Assembly: GCF_036365525.1 (NCBI RefSeq)
Contig: NC_090398.1
Span: forward strand, 23,800,936 to 23,864,935
Direction: 5' to 3'
Length of the DNA: 64,000 bases
Source of the DNA: Heterodontus francisci
Lineage: Eukaryota
This document shows, one piece after another, positions 24,641 to 37,000 of this stretch (position 1 is the stretch's first letter; the number at the start of each line of letters is the position of its first letter). The position numbers were made by a program, and so were the translations under genes. A model generated the notes under the pieces. That model did not search any database, was not told the origin of the DNA, and saw nothing but the letters and a program-made list of their open reading frames with translations.

Positions 24641-25043
24641 ATGGGGAATCCCTCAAGTAAACAACGTTATCTTCAAGGCCCTGCTGCAAGGGAAGGTGAT
24701 CAGGACACAGGAACTGGTACCAGTGAACAAAGTCAGATTCAACACCCTGCTACAAGGGAAGGTGATCAGGACACAGGAACCAGTATCAGTGAACAAAGTC
24801 AGATTCAACACCCTGCTACAAGGGAAGGTGATCAGGATACAGGAACCAGTATCAGTGAACAAAGTCAGATTCAACACCCTGCTACAAGGGAAGGTGATCA
24901 GGACACAGGAACCGGTACCAATACCAATGGACAAAGTCAGATTCAACATCCTGCTGCAAGGGAAGGTGATCAGGACACAGGAACCAGCAGAAGGGAAGCG
25001 ACAATATTAACTGACAATGCACCAAGCTTTGACCAAAAAACAG
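24641..25043 (+). CDS. NLR coding exon 1: MGNPSSK N-myristoylation motif plus 22-aa repeat linker
   Basis: Acceptor tgttttgcag ends 24625; ATG 24641; donor ACAG|gttcgt (phase 1) matches the phase-1 start of the next exon. Lies in ORF 24452-25051. Confidence 0.72.
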
Positions 25044-28000
25044 GTTCGTAGAATGACTGTCATACAGTTAGAAATATGAAACTTTTGTTAATAGCTGTAT
25101 GTACCACATGTTCGGGGTTCTGTTCTCTGCCCCTGTATTATAGTTAAGGTTTTTGTTTAGACATAAGTGTGAATGGCGAAGAAATGGCTTTTCATGCATT
25201 CAGTGGGTGTTGCCCTCTGAATGTACACCCAATCACATGGCCACAAAGTAAGTCTCAAAAGTGACCATCTCTTCCATTTAAATAAAATGAATGATTTGTG
25301 AGCATCACTTGCACTGCTCAATGGCAGTGTGCTGAATGGAGGGTGTCAGCGTACTGAATGGAGGGTGTCAGCGTACTGAATGGAGGGTGTCAGCATACTG
25401 AATGGAGGGTGTCAGCGTGCTGAATGGGGGGGTGTCAGCGTGCTGAATGGGGGGGTGTCAGCGTGCTGAATGGGGGGGTGTCAGCGTGCTGAATGGAGGG
25501 TGTCAGCATACTGAATGGAGGGTGTCAGCATGCTGAATGAGGGGGTGTCAGCGTGCTGAATGGGGGGGTGTCAGCGTGCTGAATGGGGGGGCGTCAGCGT
25601 GCTGAATGGGGGGGTGTCAGCGTGCTGAATGGGGGTTGTCAGCGTGCTGAATGGGGGGGTGTCAGCATGCTGAATGGGGGGGTGTCAGCGTGCTGAATGG
25701 GGGGGTGTCAGCGTGCTGAATGGGGGGGTGTCAGCGTTTTTTAAATTCATTCATGGGATGTGGGCATCGCTGGCTGGACCACCATTTATTGCCCATCCCT
25801 AATTGCCTTCGAGAAGGTGGTGGTGAGCTGCCTTCTTGAACCGCTGCAGTCCATTTGGGGTAGGTGCACCCACCGTGCTGTTAGGAAGGGAGTTGAGAAT
25901 TTTGACCCAGTAACAGTGAATGACTGGTGATATAGTTCCAAGTCAGGATGGTGTGTGACTTGGATGGGAACTTGCAGGTGGTGGTATTCCCATGCATTTG
26001 CTGCCCTTGTCCTTCTGGTTGGTAGAGGTCGCGGGTTTGGAAGGTGCTGTCTAAGGAGTCTTGGTGCATTGCTGCAGTACATCTTGTAGATGGTACACAC
26101 TGCTGCCACTGTGCATCGGTGGTGGAGGGAGTGAATGTTTGTAGATGGGGTGCCAATCAAGCAGGCTGCTTTGTCCTGGATGGTGTTGAGCTTCTTGAGT
26201 GTTGTTGGAGCTGCACCCATCCAGGCAAGTGGAGAGTATTCCATCACACTCCTGACTTGTGCCTTGTAGATGGTGGACAGGCTTTGGGGAGTCAGGAGGT
26301 GGGTTACTCGCTGCAGGATTCCTAGCCTCTGACCTGTTCTTGTTGCCACGGTATTTATGTGGCTACTCCAGTTCACTTTCTGGTCAATGGTAACCCCGAG
26401 GATGTTGATAATGTGCTGAATGGAGGGTGTCAGCGTGCTAAATGGGGGGAGTCAATTGTACTGATGCTGAAGGCAAAGCTGCTGCTTGAAAAGTGGAGGA
26501 GCACTTTGGTGGAAGGTTGGGGGCAATGGCTGGCAGAGCAAATCCCACAGGGGCTGTCCAGATTTCGGACACGGCTTTTGAGGTTTTGCAAGAGCAGCTC
26601 TCCAGGATTTGGGACATCTCCTATCCATCAGGTGACAGGAACCTCTCCAGGCATGCTGCGAGTGATCAGTGGTGGCAGAATGTGTCAGTGCCAGAAATAT
26701 AAGCCCAGACCATAGCTGCATTTCAGGAAGAACTTCAATTACCTCACAAGGTCACAGAATACAAACCTGACACTCATTTATAGTTAAGCCCCTCGGTTTA
26801 GCCTGGTATTAACTGTTAACCTTCCCTCGCCAATTACCAGAACTCTGCTCGATTCACTGCAAATTCCTATATATATTCGGCAGTCCAGCAGCCGGAACAT
26901 CTTAATAAGGGGAATGCATTTTCTGCTAAACGATGAAGCCAACATGGCACAGCAGTAGGTTGTATAGATTCATACAATTTATAACCCTAACGTGTTGCCA
27001 TGGTTTAAAAGCATTTTTCTCATTGATAATTCCTATCGCAATTCCTTATGAACAGAAAATCACATTCATGCTATTCAGTCCTCCCAACACTGATGGTGCT
27101 GTAGTGAACATTCACACATGTCCTCCTGCCATTCTCGCCTCTTTCAAAAAACTCAGTGAGAACCCATTCCAGTCCGCCTGCTGAAGTATGAGTAAGACCA
27201 TTGAGATTCATAAGTAATGAATTAAAATTCTTCTTGAAAATGCACACTTGGTGTATACATCATAATTACCACTGCCCTTGTCACACTTTCTTCCCGCTGC
27301 ACATCAGACTTCACAATTCAGACATCAAACTTGGATTCTAATCTCTCGCTCACTGTGACTGGGGTTTTGATGGATAGAGAGAAACTGTTCCCACTCGTGA
27401 AAGGATCGGGAACGCGAGGGCACCGATTTAAAGTATTTGGTAAGAGAACCAAAAGTGACATGAGCAAAACCTTTCACGCAGCGAGCGGTTAAGGTCTGCA
27501 ATGCGCTGCCTGAGAACGTAAGTGGAGGCAGGTTCAACTGAAGCATTCAAAAGGGAATTAGACTGTTATATGAAAAGGAAAAATGTGCAGGGTTACAGGG
27601 AGAAGGAACGGGAATGGAACTGAGTGAATTGCTCTTTTGGAGAGCCGATGTGGACATGATGGGCTGAATGGCCCCCTTCTGCACTGTAACAGTTCTGTGA
27701 TTCTGTGATTATTCATTTAATATTGCGTATTCAGCACAGAAACGGGCCATTCGACTGATAAAGTCCACGTCAGTGCTTCCGCTCGACACAAGCCCCCTCC
27801 CACCGCTTTTCATCTAACCTTACCAGCATACCCTTCTATTCCTTTCTTCCACCTGTGTCTATCTAACTTCCACTTAAATGCATTAATACTATTTACCTCA
27901 ATTATTCCTTGTGGGTGCATTCCACATTCTTACCACTCTCTGGGTAAAGGTGTTGTGTCTGAATTTCCTAATGGGTTTTTTGTAATTATTTTATGGCCTC

Positions 28001-31000
28001 TATTTTTGACCTCACAATTGGAAGCATTTTCTTCACATCTATCCCATCAAAACATTTCATAATCTTAAAGACCTTTATCAACTCACCCCCTGCCCCTCTT
28101 TTTTAAAGAGAAAAGAGCCGCAGGCTGCTCGGTCTTTCCTGTGTCACGCACACTGGAAATGTAATGATACAACAATCATGGACTAAATCTGAAGAGTTAT
28201 GGCAAATGGACTTTGTCTTTAAAAAATGCGCCTTTATTTTTAGAAAAAGTGAACAGTGGCCCAAAATGGCCTCAAAGGACAAATCTTCAAAGCTAAAAGG
28301 TGTCAATGGAACCCACCCTAAGCCTATACTAAAAGATTCAGAATTGAATGTCTTCTTCTGAAACAAAGGAGGTGTGAAGCAGCCACGTCCTGGCTCAGAA
28401 TGCGATCACCACAGTGTGGAAGAGATGGGAACATCTTCTACCAGGAGGTGAGAGGTGACAGTTCTACCTTTGAAAAAACAGCCAGAGAGAGGAAGACTCA
28501 CCCAGGAGAGAAGCAACATCTAACAGGCAGAAAGCACATGCCCTGCTGAAAAATCCAACATCTGCATTATACAGTGGTGAGAGCTTGAAGTAACCCACCA
28601 TCTTCAACAGAACCTTCTATCAAGAGAGAAATCTGCACTCATTTCAGGCTTGCATCCATCTAGAACTTGATTTCCAAGAGAATTCAACAGGTTTATTGTA
28701 ACCATTCCCCTCCCCCGCCACTAAAAGCTGCCTTCCTTTTTCCCTCCTTTATCTGTCTCTTCTTGTGCATGTGAGCAAATGTTGTGAGTGGATGCAGTTG
28801 CAAAAATTTCAGCATAAGGCGTATCGTCTTCCTGATTTTAAAACCTCCAAGAAAACCTGTCCTTGTCTGTTTATTTGAAAAACAAAACACCAAAGGGGCT
28901 AAACTCTAACACAAATACACTTGTTGTGGTCAGATGGGCTGTTGATCAGTGGGAACCACCCATGTCACACCATGTGGCCATAACACCTAATAGTTTTATC
29001 TTCCTAGTTTTGTTATCATCTTTGTGAATCATTTGTATTCACAGATCCAAACTCTACAACTGCTGAGTTCTTGATGAAGTGTGACGATTTCCAGCTGTTC
29101 CAGTTGATAAAATTCTACCAGCACAGACTCGAGCAGGCCATTGAAGAAGGGGTGGACAGAGTCAGCTCATTGTTAACAGGAGAGCGGCATTTCAGTGGAC
29201 AAGAACATCGGGTAAGTGGAGGGGACGCAGTGAGTTTGGGTTATTTAAACAGATCTCAGAATGCTAGAATGTTACAGAAGTGTAATAGACCAAATACGAA
29301 AGAAATGGATAAAGCTGAGAAGGTTGTGAGTCTGAAACGATGATACAAAGAGGTGAAAATGCTCAGTGGATCCATCAGTATCTCTACATAGGACAGGGGA
29401 ATGGCTTGGGTCTATTACACACTATAGCCACGGCACACCAGTGGTGGAGGGAGTGGATATTTAAGCTGATGTATGGGCGGCTGATGAAGTGGATTACTTT
29501 GTTCAGGATGATGTGGCGCTTCTTCACTATTGCTGCTGCAAACATCCAGGCAACTGGACAGTGTTCTATCAAACGCCTGATCAATGTCTTGTACATATTG
29601 GAGAGGCTTTGGGGTGTTGGGGTAAGCCGCAAGCCGCAAAATGCCCAGCGTCTGGCCTCCTCTCGTAACCACGGCTTTTATATGGCTGCGGAAGTTAAGT
29701 TTCTGGTCAATGGTAACCTCCAGGATGTTGATGAGGGGTGGTATCAGTGATGGCAATGCCATTGAATTACAAAAGGGGGCACTAAGACTCCTATTGGAAA
29801 AGACCATTGCCTGGAACTTGTGCAGCACAAATATTAAGTATCAAGGTTGGATATTGTCCAGGTCTTGCTGATGTAGCCTTCATGATCTGAGAATTTGTGA
29901 ATGGAGCTGAACACTGTGTAACCATCAACAAACATCCCCACTTCTGACCTTACGATGGATGGAATGATGAAGCAGCTGAAGATGGCTGCCCTGAGACGCT
30001 ACCTGAAGGAGCTCCTGTAGTGATGTCCTGGGGCTGAGTTGATTGGCTTCTAATAACCACACCAATCTTCCGTTTTCCAAGCACAACTACAACTATTGGA
30101 GAAGTCACAACCTCCCCGAATCCCAGTGACTTACGTTTGTTCACGCTGTCACTCTCCCCCAACCTCTGGAATTTAATTCAATTGTCCATGATGTGACCTT
30201 GGCTGTAATATGTTCTGGAGCTGATTAGTCCTGGTGGAACCCAAATTGAGCATCATTGATCAGCTTAGTACTGAGGAAGTGCGATTTGGCAGCACTGTTG
30301 ATGACTCCTCCATCACTTTCAGAGTAGGCTGATAGCATGATAATTCGCTGGGTTCACTTGTTAATTGTTTATTGATTGTGTTTCATTTTTTTAATTCATT
30401 CTTGGGATGTGGGCATCGCTTTATTGCCCATCCCTAATTGCCCTTGAGAAGGTGGTGATGAGCTGCCTTCTTGAACCATTGCAGTCCATGTGGTGTAGGT
30501 ACACCCACAGTGCTGTTAGGAAGGGAGTTCCATGATTTTGACCCAGCGGCAGTGAAGGAATGGCGATATAGTTCCAAGTCAGGATAGTGTGTGACTTGGA
30601 GGGCAACTTGCAGATGGTGGTGTTCCCATGTATTTGCTGCCCTTGCCTTTGACCTGGTAGAGGTCATGGGTTTGGAAGGTGCTGTCGAAGGAGACTTGGT
30701 GCATTGCTGCAGTGCATCTTGTAGATGGTACAAACTGCTGCCACTTTGCGTTGGGAGTGGAGGGAGTGAATGTTTGTAGATGGGATGCTGATCAAGCGGG
30801 CTGCTTTGACCTGGATGGTATTGAGCTTCTTGAGTGTGATGCTTATATAGGTGTCAGAGAGATGCCGGGCTCTGAGGTTGCAGATTGTGCTGGAATACAA
30901 TTCTGCAAATGGCCCACGTGGATTCCCAGTTATGAGTGCCCAGTGAGCACAGTGTTAGTTCCTCACAGCACAGTGGTCATTCTGCTCAGTGTGAAGACAG

Positions 31001-34000
31001 GACTTGGCTTCAGGAACTGTGCAGCGATCATTACCACCAATAGTGTCATCAGCAGACCAATCTGTGACAGGTAGATTGCTGAGGGTGAGGTCATTCTTTT
31101 GTGTTGGTTCTCTCAATACCTACCGCAAGCCTAGTCTGATATTTCTAAATGCTTCAGATTCAAATTCACAATCTGCGACGGTATGATTTGAACTCTTGTT
31201 TATTACTCCAGCATCATAACCACCATTCTACAGTCGTTGATGTCCAATGTCTGACAGACACTTCACAGAAGCTCAATCAACTTCTTCTGCATTAAAGCTG
31301 CTATTTAAATGTAAGCTGCTGATGAAAGTCCGACTGCTGGATATGTGTGTTTTCAGTGACCAATGTTTCAAAGCGGCAGCAAATGTGTAAAATAATGGGC
31401 ATCAGGCATTTCAGTTACTGGCGGGAGAAGTGATTGGATTTTTCATCACCGTCATTATTGATCAATTCTCCTGACCGATAAATCAACAGTGGTTGTTCCG
31501 ATTAGTCAGCGGTAGTTTCTCAGACCATTTTCTAGCTGCTTCCCTCACTTCAGATTCGCCCAGGGTGGCGCAGTGGTTAGCACCGCAGCCTCACAGCTCC
31601 AGCGACCCGGGTTCGATTCCGGGTACTGCCTGTGTGGAGTTTGCAAGTTCTCCCTGTGTCTGCGTGGGTTTCCTCCGGGTGCTCCGGTTTCCTCCCACAG
31701 GCCAAAAGACTTGCAGGTTGATAGGTAAATTGGCCATTATAAATTGCCCCTAGTATAGGTAGGTGGTAGGGGAATATAGGGACAGGTGGGGATGTGGTAG
31801 GAATATGGGATTAGTGTAGGATTAGTATAAATGGGTCGTTGATGGTCGGCACAGACTCAGTGGGCCAAAGGGCCTGTTTCAGTGCTGTATCTCTAAAACT
31901 AAACGAAAACTAAAAAACTAAGCCCCATCCCCTGCCCTCGAGTTAATAGAGAGCTAATGATGCTCAGTGCAGCTTGTATTTAAGGGCTGGGTTTTTTCCC
32001 CCAATCAGGGGAGTTACTGCTGGACAGGGAGTGAATCCAGAAGGGAATAGTGGAAACTGGTGTTTGTGCTGAACTATGGATTGAGAATAAAACAGTGTGG
32101 ATCGCAGACTGTCTCCTGCTTCCTGATTTGGCAAATGGACATCTGACCACCAGAACCATACAACTGATTTCCATTTCGTTTTTGTCAAATTTATTCCCCG
32201 TTATTGACTGCATGAAGATCTGAAATTGATAGATTTTTTTTTGCTAGCCAAGGGTGTTAAGGGATGTGGACCCAAGGCAGGTGGATGAAGTTCGGATACG
32301 GAGCCACTCAGATCTAATTGAAAGGCAGAATCGGCTCTAGGGGCTGAATGGCCTACGACTGCCCCCATGTTCCCAAGATGTTTACAGAATATTCAACCGA
32401 CGTTCAGAATGGATCAGTACCAGCTCAGTGACTCCTTTCTGTGCTGAAAAGAACTGGGATATCCCCATCCTTTCCTTCTCGTTCTCGTTCTCAGCGTCTG
32501 TCTTTCATTCTGCTCCTCAATGTGTTCATTATTATTCCTCACAGAAAATTATTGAGCTCGTGGAGAAGGGAAACCGGGCGGACAGTTCCAAACTTCTCCT
32601 AAATCTGGTGATGGAGAAGGGCTCTCGGGTCCGAAGGGTGATGTGGGAATCCTTTGTGAAAATGCGTCACGGGTTACCAAAGTTGGACGAAATACTGAAA
32701 GAAATACAGGAACTCGGTACGGTAAAATCACACACTGAATTCAACTTCAGATTCAAACACTGCAGAATTTACTGTAATATTGCACAAATCTGATTTCATG
32801 AAAGCTGACTGATAGATTAATTTTAAACAGGTTCTGATCCACTTGCTTCCATGAACACAGCGCGAGGTTTATCCGAGGTACCCGGTCACCTGAAGGGTGA
32901 GTGATGAAATAAAGATTTCTAATTGTTTATTTCACTTCTGAGAATCAGAATATTTGACTTCAGCCATTTACTTAGAAATTGTCACAATCTGGGAATCAGA
33001 CATTCAAAGGCTGGAGCAACAGGATTGAACATCGTTTAGATTTGTCTTCAATCCTCAACTATTCTGGAACATAAGAACATAAACAGGAGCAGGAGTAGAC
33101 CATCCAGCCCGTCGAGCCTGCTCTGCCATTCAGAATGAACACGGCTGTTCTTGGGCTTCAACTCTACTTTCTGCCTGCGCTCCATATCCCTTGATTCCCG
33201 AGGAGACCAAAAATCTGTCTATCCAAGCCTGAAACCTATTCAACAATGGACCATCCACTGCCCTCTGGGGTAAAGAATTCAAAAGAATCACAACCCTTTG
33301 AGTGAAGAAATTTCACCTCATTTTCAATCCGCAATGATGGTCCCCTTGTTACTTAGACTGTGCCCCCATGTTTTAGATTCTCCAGTGCAAACAACCTCTC
33401 AGTGTCTACCCTGTGAAGCCCCTTCAGAATCTGGTAAGTTTCAATAAGATCACATCTCATTCTTCTAAACTCCAGACAACATAATCCCTATTTGCTCAGC
33501 CTCTTAACATAGCACAACCCTCTCATCCCAGGGACCAATCCAGTGAACCTTCGCTGTACTGCCTCCAATGCAAGTATGTCCTTCCTTTTAAACATAGAGA
33601 CCACAGCTGCAGACAGTATTCCAGGTGTTGTTTCACCAAAGTCCGATTCAATTGTAGCTAGACTTCTTTATTCCTATACTCCAATCCCCTTGCAATAAAG
33701 GCCAAAATGCCATTTGCCTTCCTAATTGCTTGCTGTACCGACATGCTAACTTTCTGTGTTCGCCTTTTAACCAATAATCTCTTCTGAGTACAATAAGGTT
33801 ACAATACATACAACATCTGACACATGCTGTAAGTATGCAAATGTTGCATGAGTTCACAAAATCCAGCTGCTTATTGCTATCATTTTTGAAATCCCATACA
33901 CATGCAGGATCCTGATACACTGTGAAACCCCATACACATCTGGCAGGATCCTGATATTCTGTGAAACACCATACACACCTGGCAGGATCCTGATACGCTG

Positions 34001-37000
34001 TGAAACCCCATATACACCTGGCAGGATCCTGATACACTGTGAAACCCCATACACACCTGGCAGGATCCTGATACACTGTGATATCCCATACATGTCTGGC
34101 AGGATCCTGATACACTGTGAAACCCCATACACACCTGGCAGGATCCTGATACACTGTGAAACCCCATACACACCTGGCAGGATCCTGAAACACTGTGAAA
34201 CCCCATATACACCTGGCAGGATCCTGATACACTGTGAAACCCCATACACACCTGGCAGGATCCCGATACACTGTGAAACCCCATACACACCTGGCAGGAT
34301 CCTGATATTCTGTGAAACCCCATACACACCTGGCAGGATCCTGATATTCTGTGAAACCCCATACACACCTGGCAGGATCCCGATACACTGTGAAACCCCA
34401 TATACACCTGGCAGGATCCTGATATTCTGTGAAACCCCATACACACCTGGCAGGATCCTGATATTCTGTGAAACCCCATACACACCTGGCAGGCTCCCGA
34501 TACACTGTGAAACCCCATATACACCTGGCAGGATCCTGATATTCTGTGAAACCCCATACACACCTGGCAGGATCCTGATGCACTGTGAAACCCCATATAC
34601 ACCTGGCAGGATCCTGATACACTGTGAAACCCCATATACACCTGGCAGGATCCTGATATTCTGTGAAACCCCATACACACCTGGCAGGATCCTGATATTC
34701 TGTGAAACCCCATACACACCTGGCAGGATCCTGATACACTGTGAAAGCCCATACACACCTGGCAGGATCCTGATACACTGTAAAATCCCATTCACACCTG
34801 GCAGGATCCCGATACACTGTGAAACCCCATACACACCTGGCAGGATCCCGATACACTGTGAAACCCCATATACACCTGGCAGGTTTCCGATACACTGTGA
34901 AACCCCATACGCACCTGGCAGGATCCTGATACACTGTGAAACCCCATACACACCTGGCAGGATCCTGATGCACTGTGAAACCCCATACACACCTGGCAGG
35001 ATCCTGATACACTGTGAAATCCCATATACACCTGGCAGGATCCTGATACACTGTGAAACCCCATACACACCTGGCAGGATCCTGATACACTGTGAAATCC
35101 CATATACACCTGGCAGGATCCTGATACACTGTGAATCCCCATACACACCTGGCAGGATCCTGATACACTGTGAAATCCCATATACACCTGGCAGGATCCT
35201 GATACACTGTGAAATCCCATACACACCTGGCAGGATCCTGATACACTGTGAAATCCCATATACACCTGGCAGGATCCTGATACACTGTGAAATCCCATAC
35301 ACACCTGGCAGGATCCTGATACACTGTGAAATCCCATACATACCTGGCAGGATCCTGATACACTGTGAAATCCCATATGCACCTGGCAGGATCCTGATAC
35401 ACTGTGAAATCCCATATACACCTGGCAGGATCCTGATACACTGTGAAACCCCATACACACCTGGCAGGATCCTGATACACTGTGAAACCCTATACACACC
35501 TGGCAGGATCCTGATACACTGTGAAACCCCATACACACCTGGCAGGATCCTGATACACTGTGAAATCGCATACACACCTGGCAGGATCCTGATACACTGT
35601 GAAACACCATATGCACCTGGCAGGACCCTGATACACTGTGAAACCCCATACACACCTGACAGGATCCTGATACACTGTGAAACCCCATACACACCTGACA
35701 GGATCCTGATACACTGTGAAACCCCAGACGCACCTGGCAGGATCCCCAGACAATGTGAAACACCATACATAAGTGGCACAATCCCAATACATGTGAAACC
35801 CCATCCATAGCTGGCAGGAGACTGAAACTGTGATACTCCCAAATTACCTGTCAGGATCCCAACACAAGTCTCCTGTGTGCTGCGCGTAAATCTGGTCTCA
35901 GCAGTAAAGTGCTGTGCCTTGAGCCAGGTTTTTCTGTTACCTGTGCCCCTAAATAATATCTGCCACCAGAAACGGTAGGGAATGGCAGGTTGCAAAATGT
36001 GAAACATTAAAGTGTTATCATTTCACGGCACAGAATGAGACGTCAGCAACAGTTTGATCTGATCTGTGAATATGTACAGATGATTAATCCGAGGAGGAAT
36101 GTGTTGAAAAGACAATCTTCAGGTTGACTGGGAAATTATTAGCGAGCTTCCTAATGGCAGTGAAAATGAAAATCTAGTTCTATTCCAAGAATAGCCCTCT
36201 GGTTCAGGAGACCTTTTAGACCCAATGTCATGACTAACAGAAGCATATTTGTCATTTCTCAAACCTGAATTATAAAAACACTTTCAATGAATGGGTGAAA
36301 TTGCTCAAATTTCTGAAACACAATACGACAGGAAAAATTTGTCCAAAGTAAACCTGTTCTTGTTGGGGAAGTGAATCCACCCATCATTTCTCTCGGTGTA
36401 TCGACAGAAACACCTTAAATTTTCCCGTGACCACCACTGCACTGTTCCTATCGTGTCCTTCCCTCGTAACTGTCCCCCACTCTATAACCCTTTGTGTGAA
36501 AAAGTTACCCTGATATAACTTCTTTCTACTGACTTCCAACTTTCTCTGTTTTTAATTATTTTGGGAATTCTGAGCCTATTCTCTGCACTATTTCTGTGAA
36601 TTCCATTAAAATATTTCAAGACCTATGACTCTTTCCCAAGAAAAATACATCTTTCCTTAAATCTAAACTCCGAGTACCTTAAATTATCTTTGATTCCAAC
36701 CTGTACCCTTCAGAATGGTAGTAAACTTTACCTGTGATCAGGTGACTATAGCAGGGAAGGTTATACCCAAGATATAAACTGCCCGAATTGTGAAACAATA
36801 GCAATTTAACTCCTGCCTAATAACAGACTGTCACTCCCGGTGCACCTTGTACCCCAGGACACCTGCCTGAGTCCTGAACCAATAGCAATTTCAGTCCTGT
36901 CTCTTCACAGCCTGTCCCTTTCTCAGTCCACACACTACTCCCGAAAACTTGTCCGAAACCTGAAACAACAGCAATTTTATCTCCTGTCCTGTCTCTCTGT

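Noticed and set aside
24690-24985. Caspase-3 sites or RHIM in the 22-aa repeat (GDQDTG, SQIQH)
   Set aside because: Spacing is DxD, not DxxD, and QIQH lacks the (I/V)Q(I/V/L)G core.
24696-25010. Alternative-frame and antisense ORFs over the 66-bp repeat
   Set aside because: By-products of a repeat unit divisible by 3; only the MGNPSSK frame has an ATG after an acceptor and a phase-compatible donor.
31563-31635. tRNA gene
   Set aside because: A/B boxes belong to the tRNA-derived head of a V-SINE followed by V-domain and LINE tail.
33648-36007. Long ORFs (610, 717, 572, 338, 303 aa) as real proteins
   Set aside because: All derive from one 39-bp tandem unit that is open in multiple frames on both strands, inside an NLR intron.
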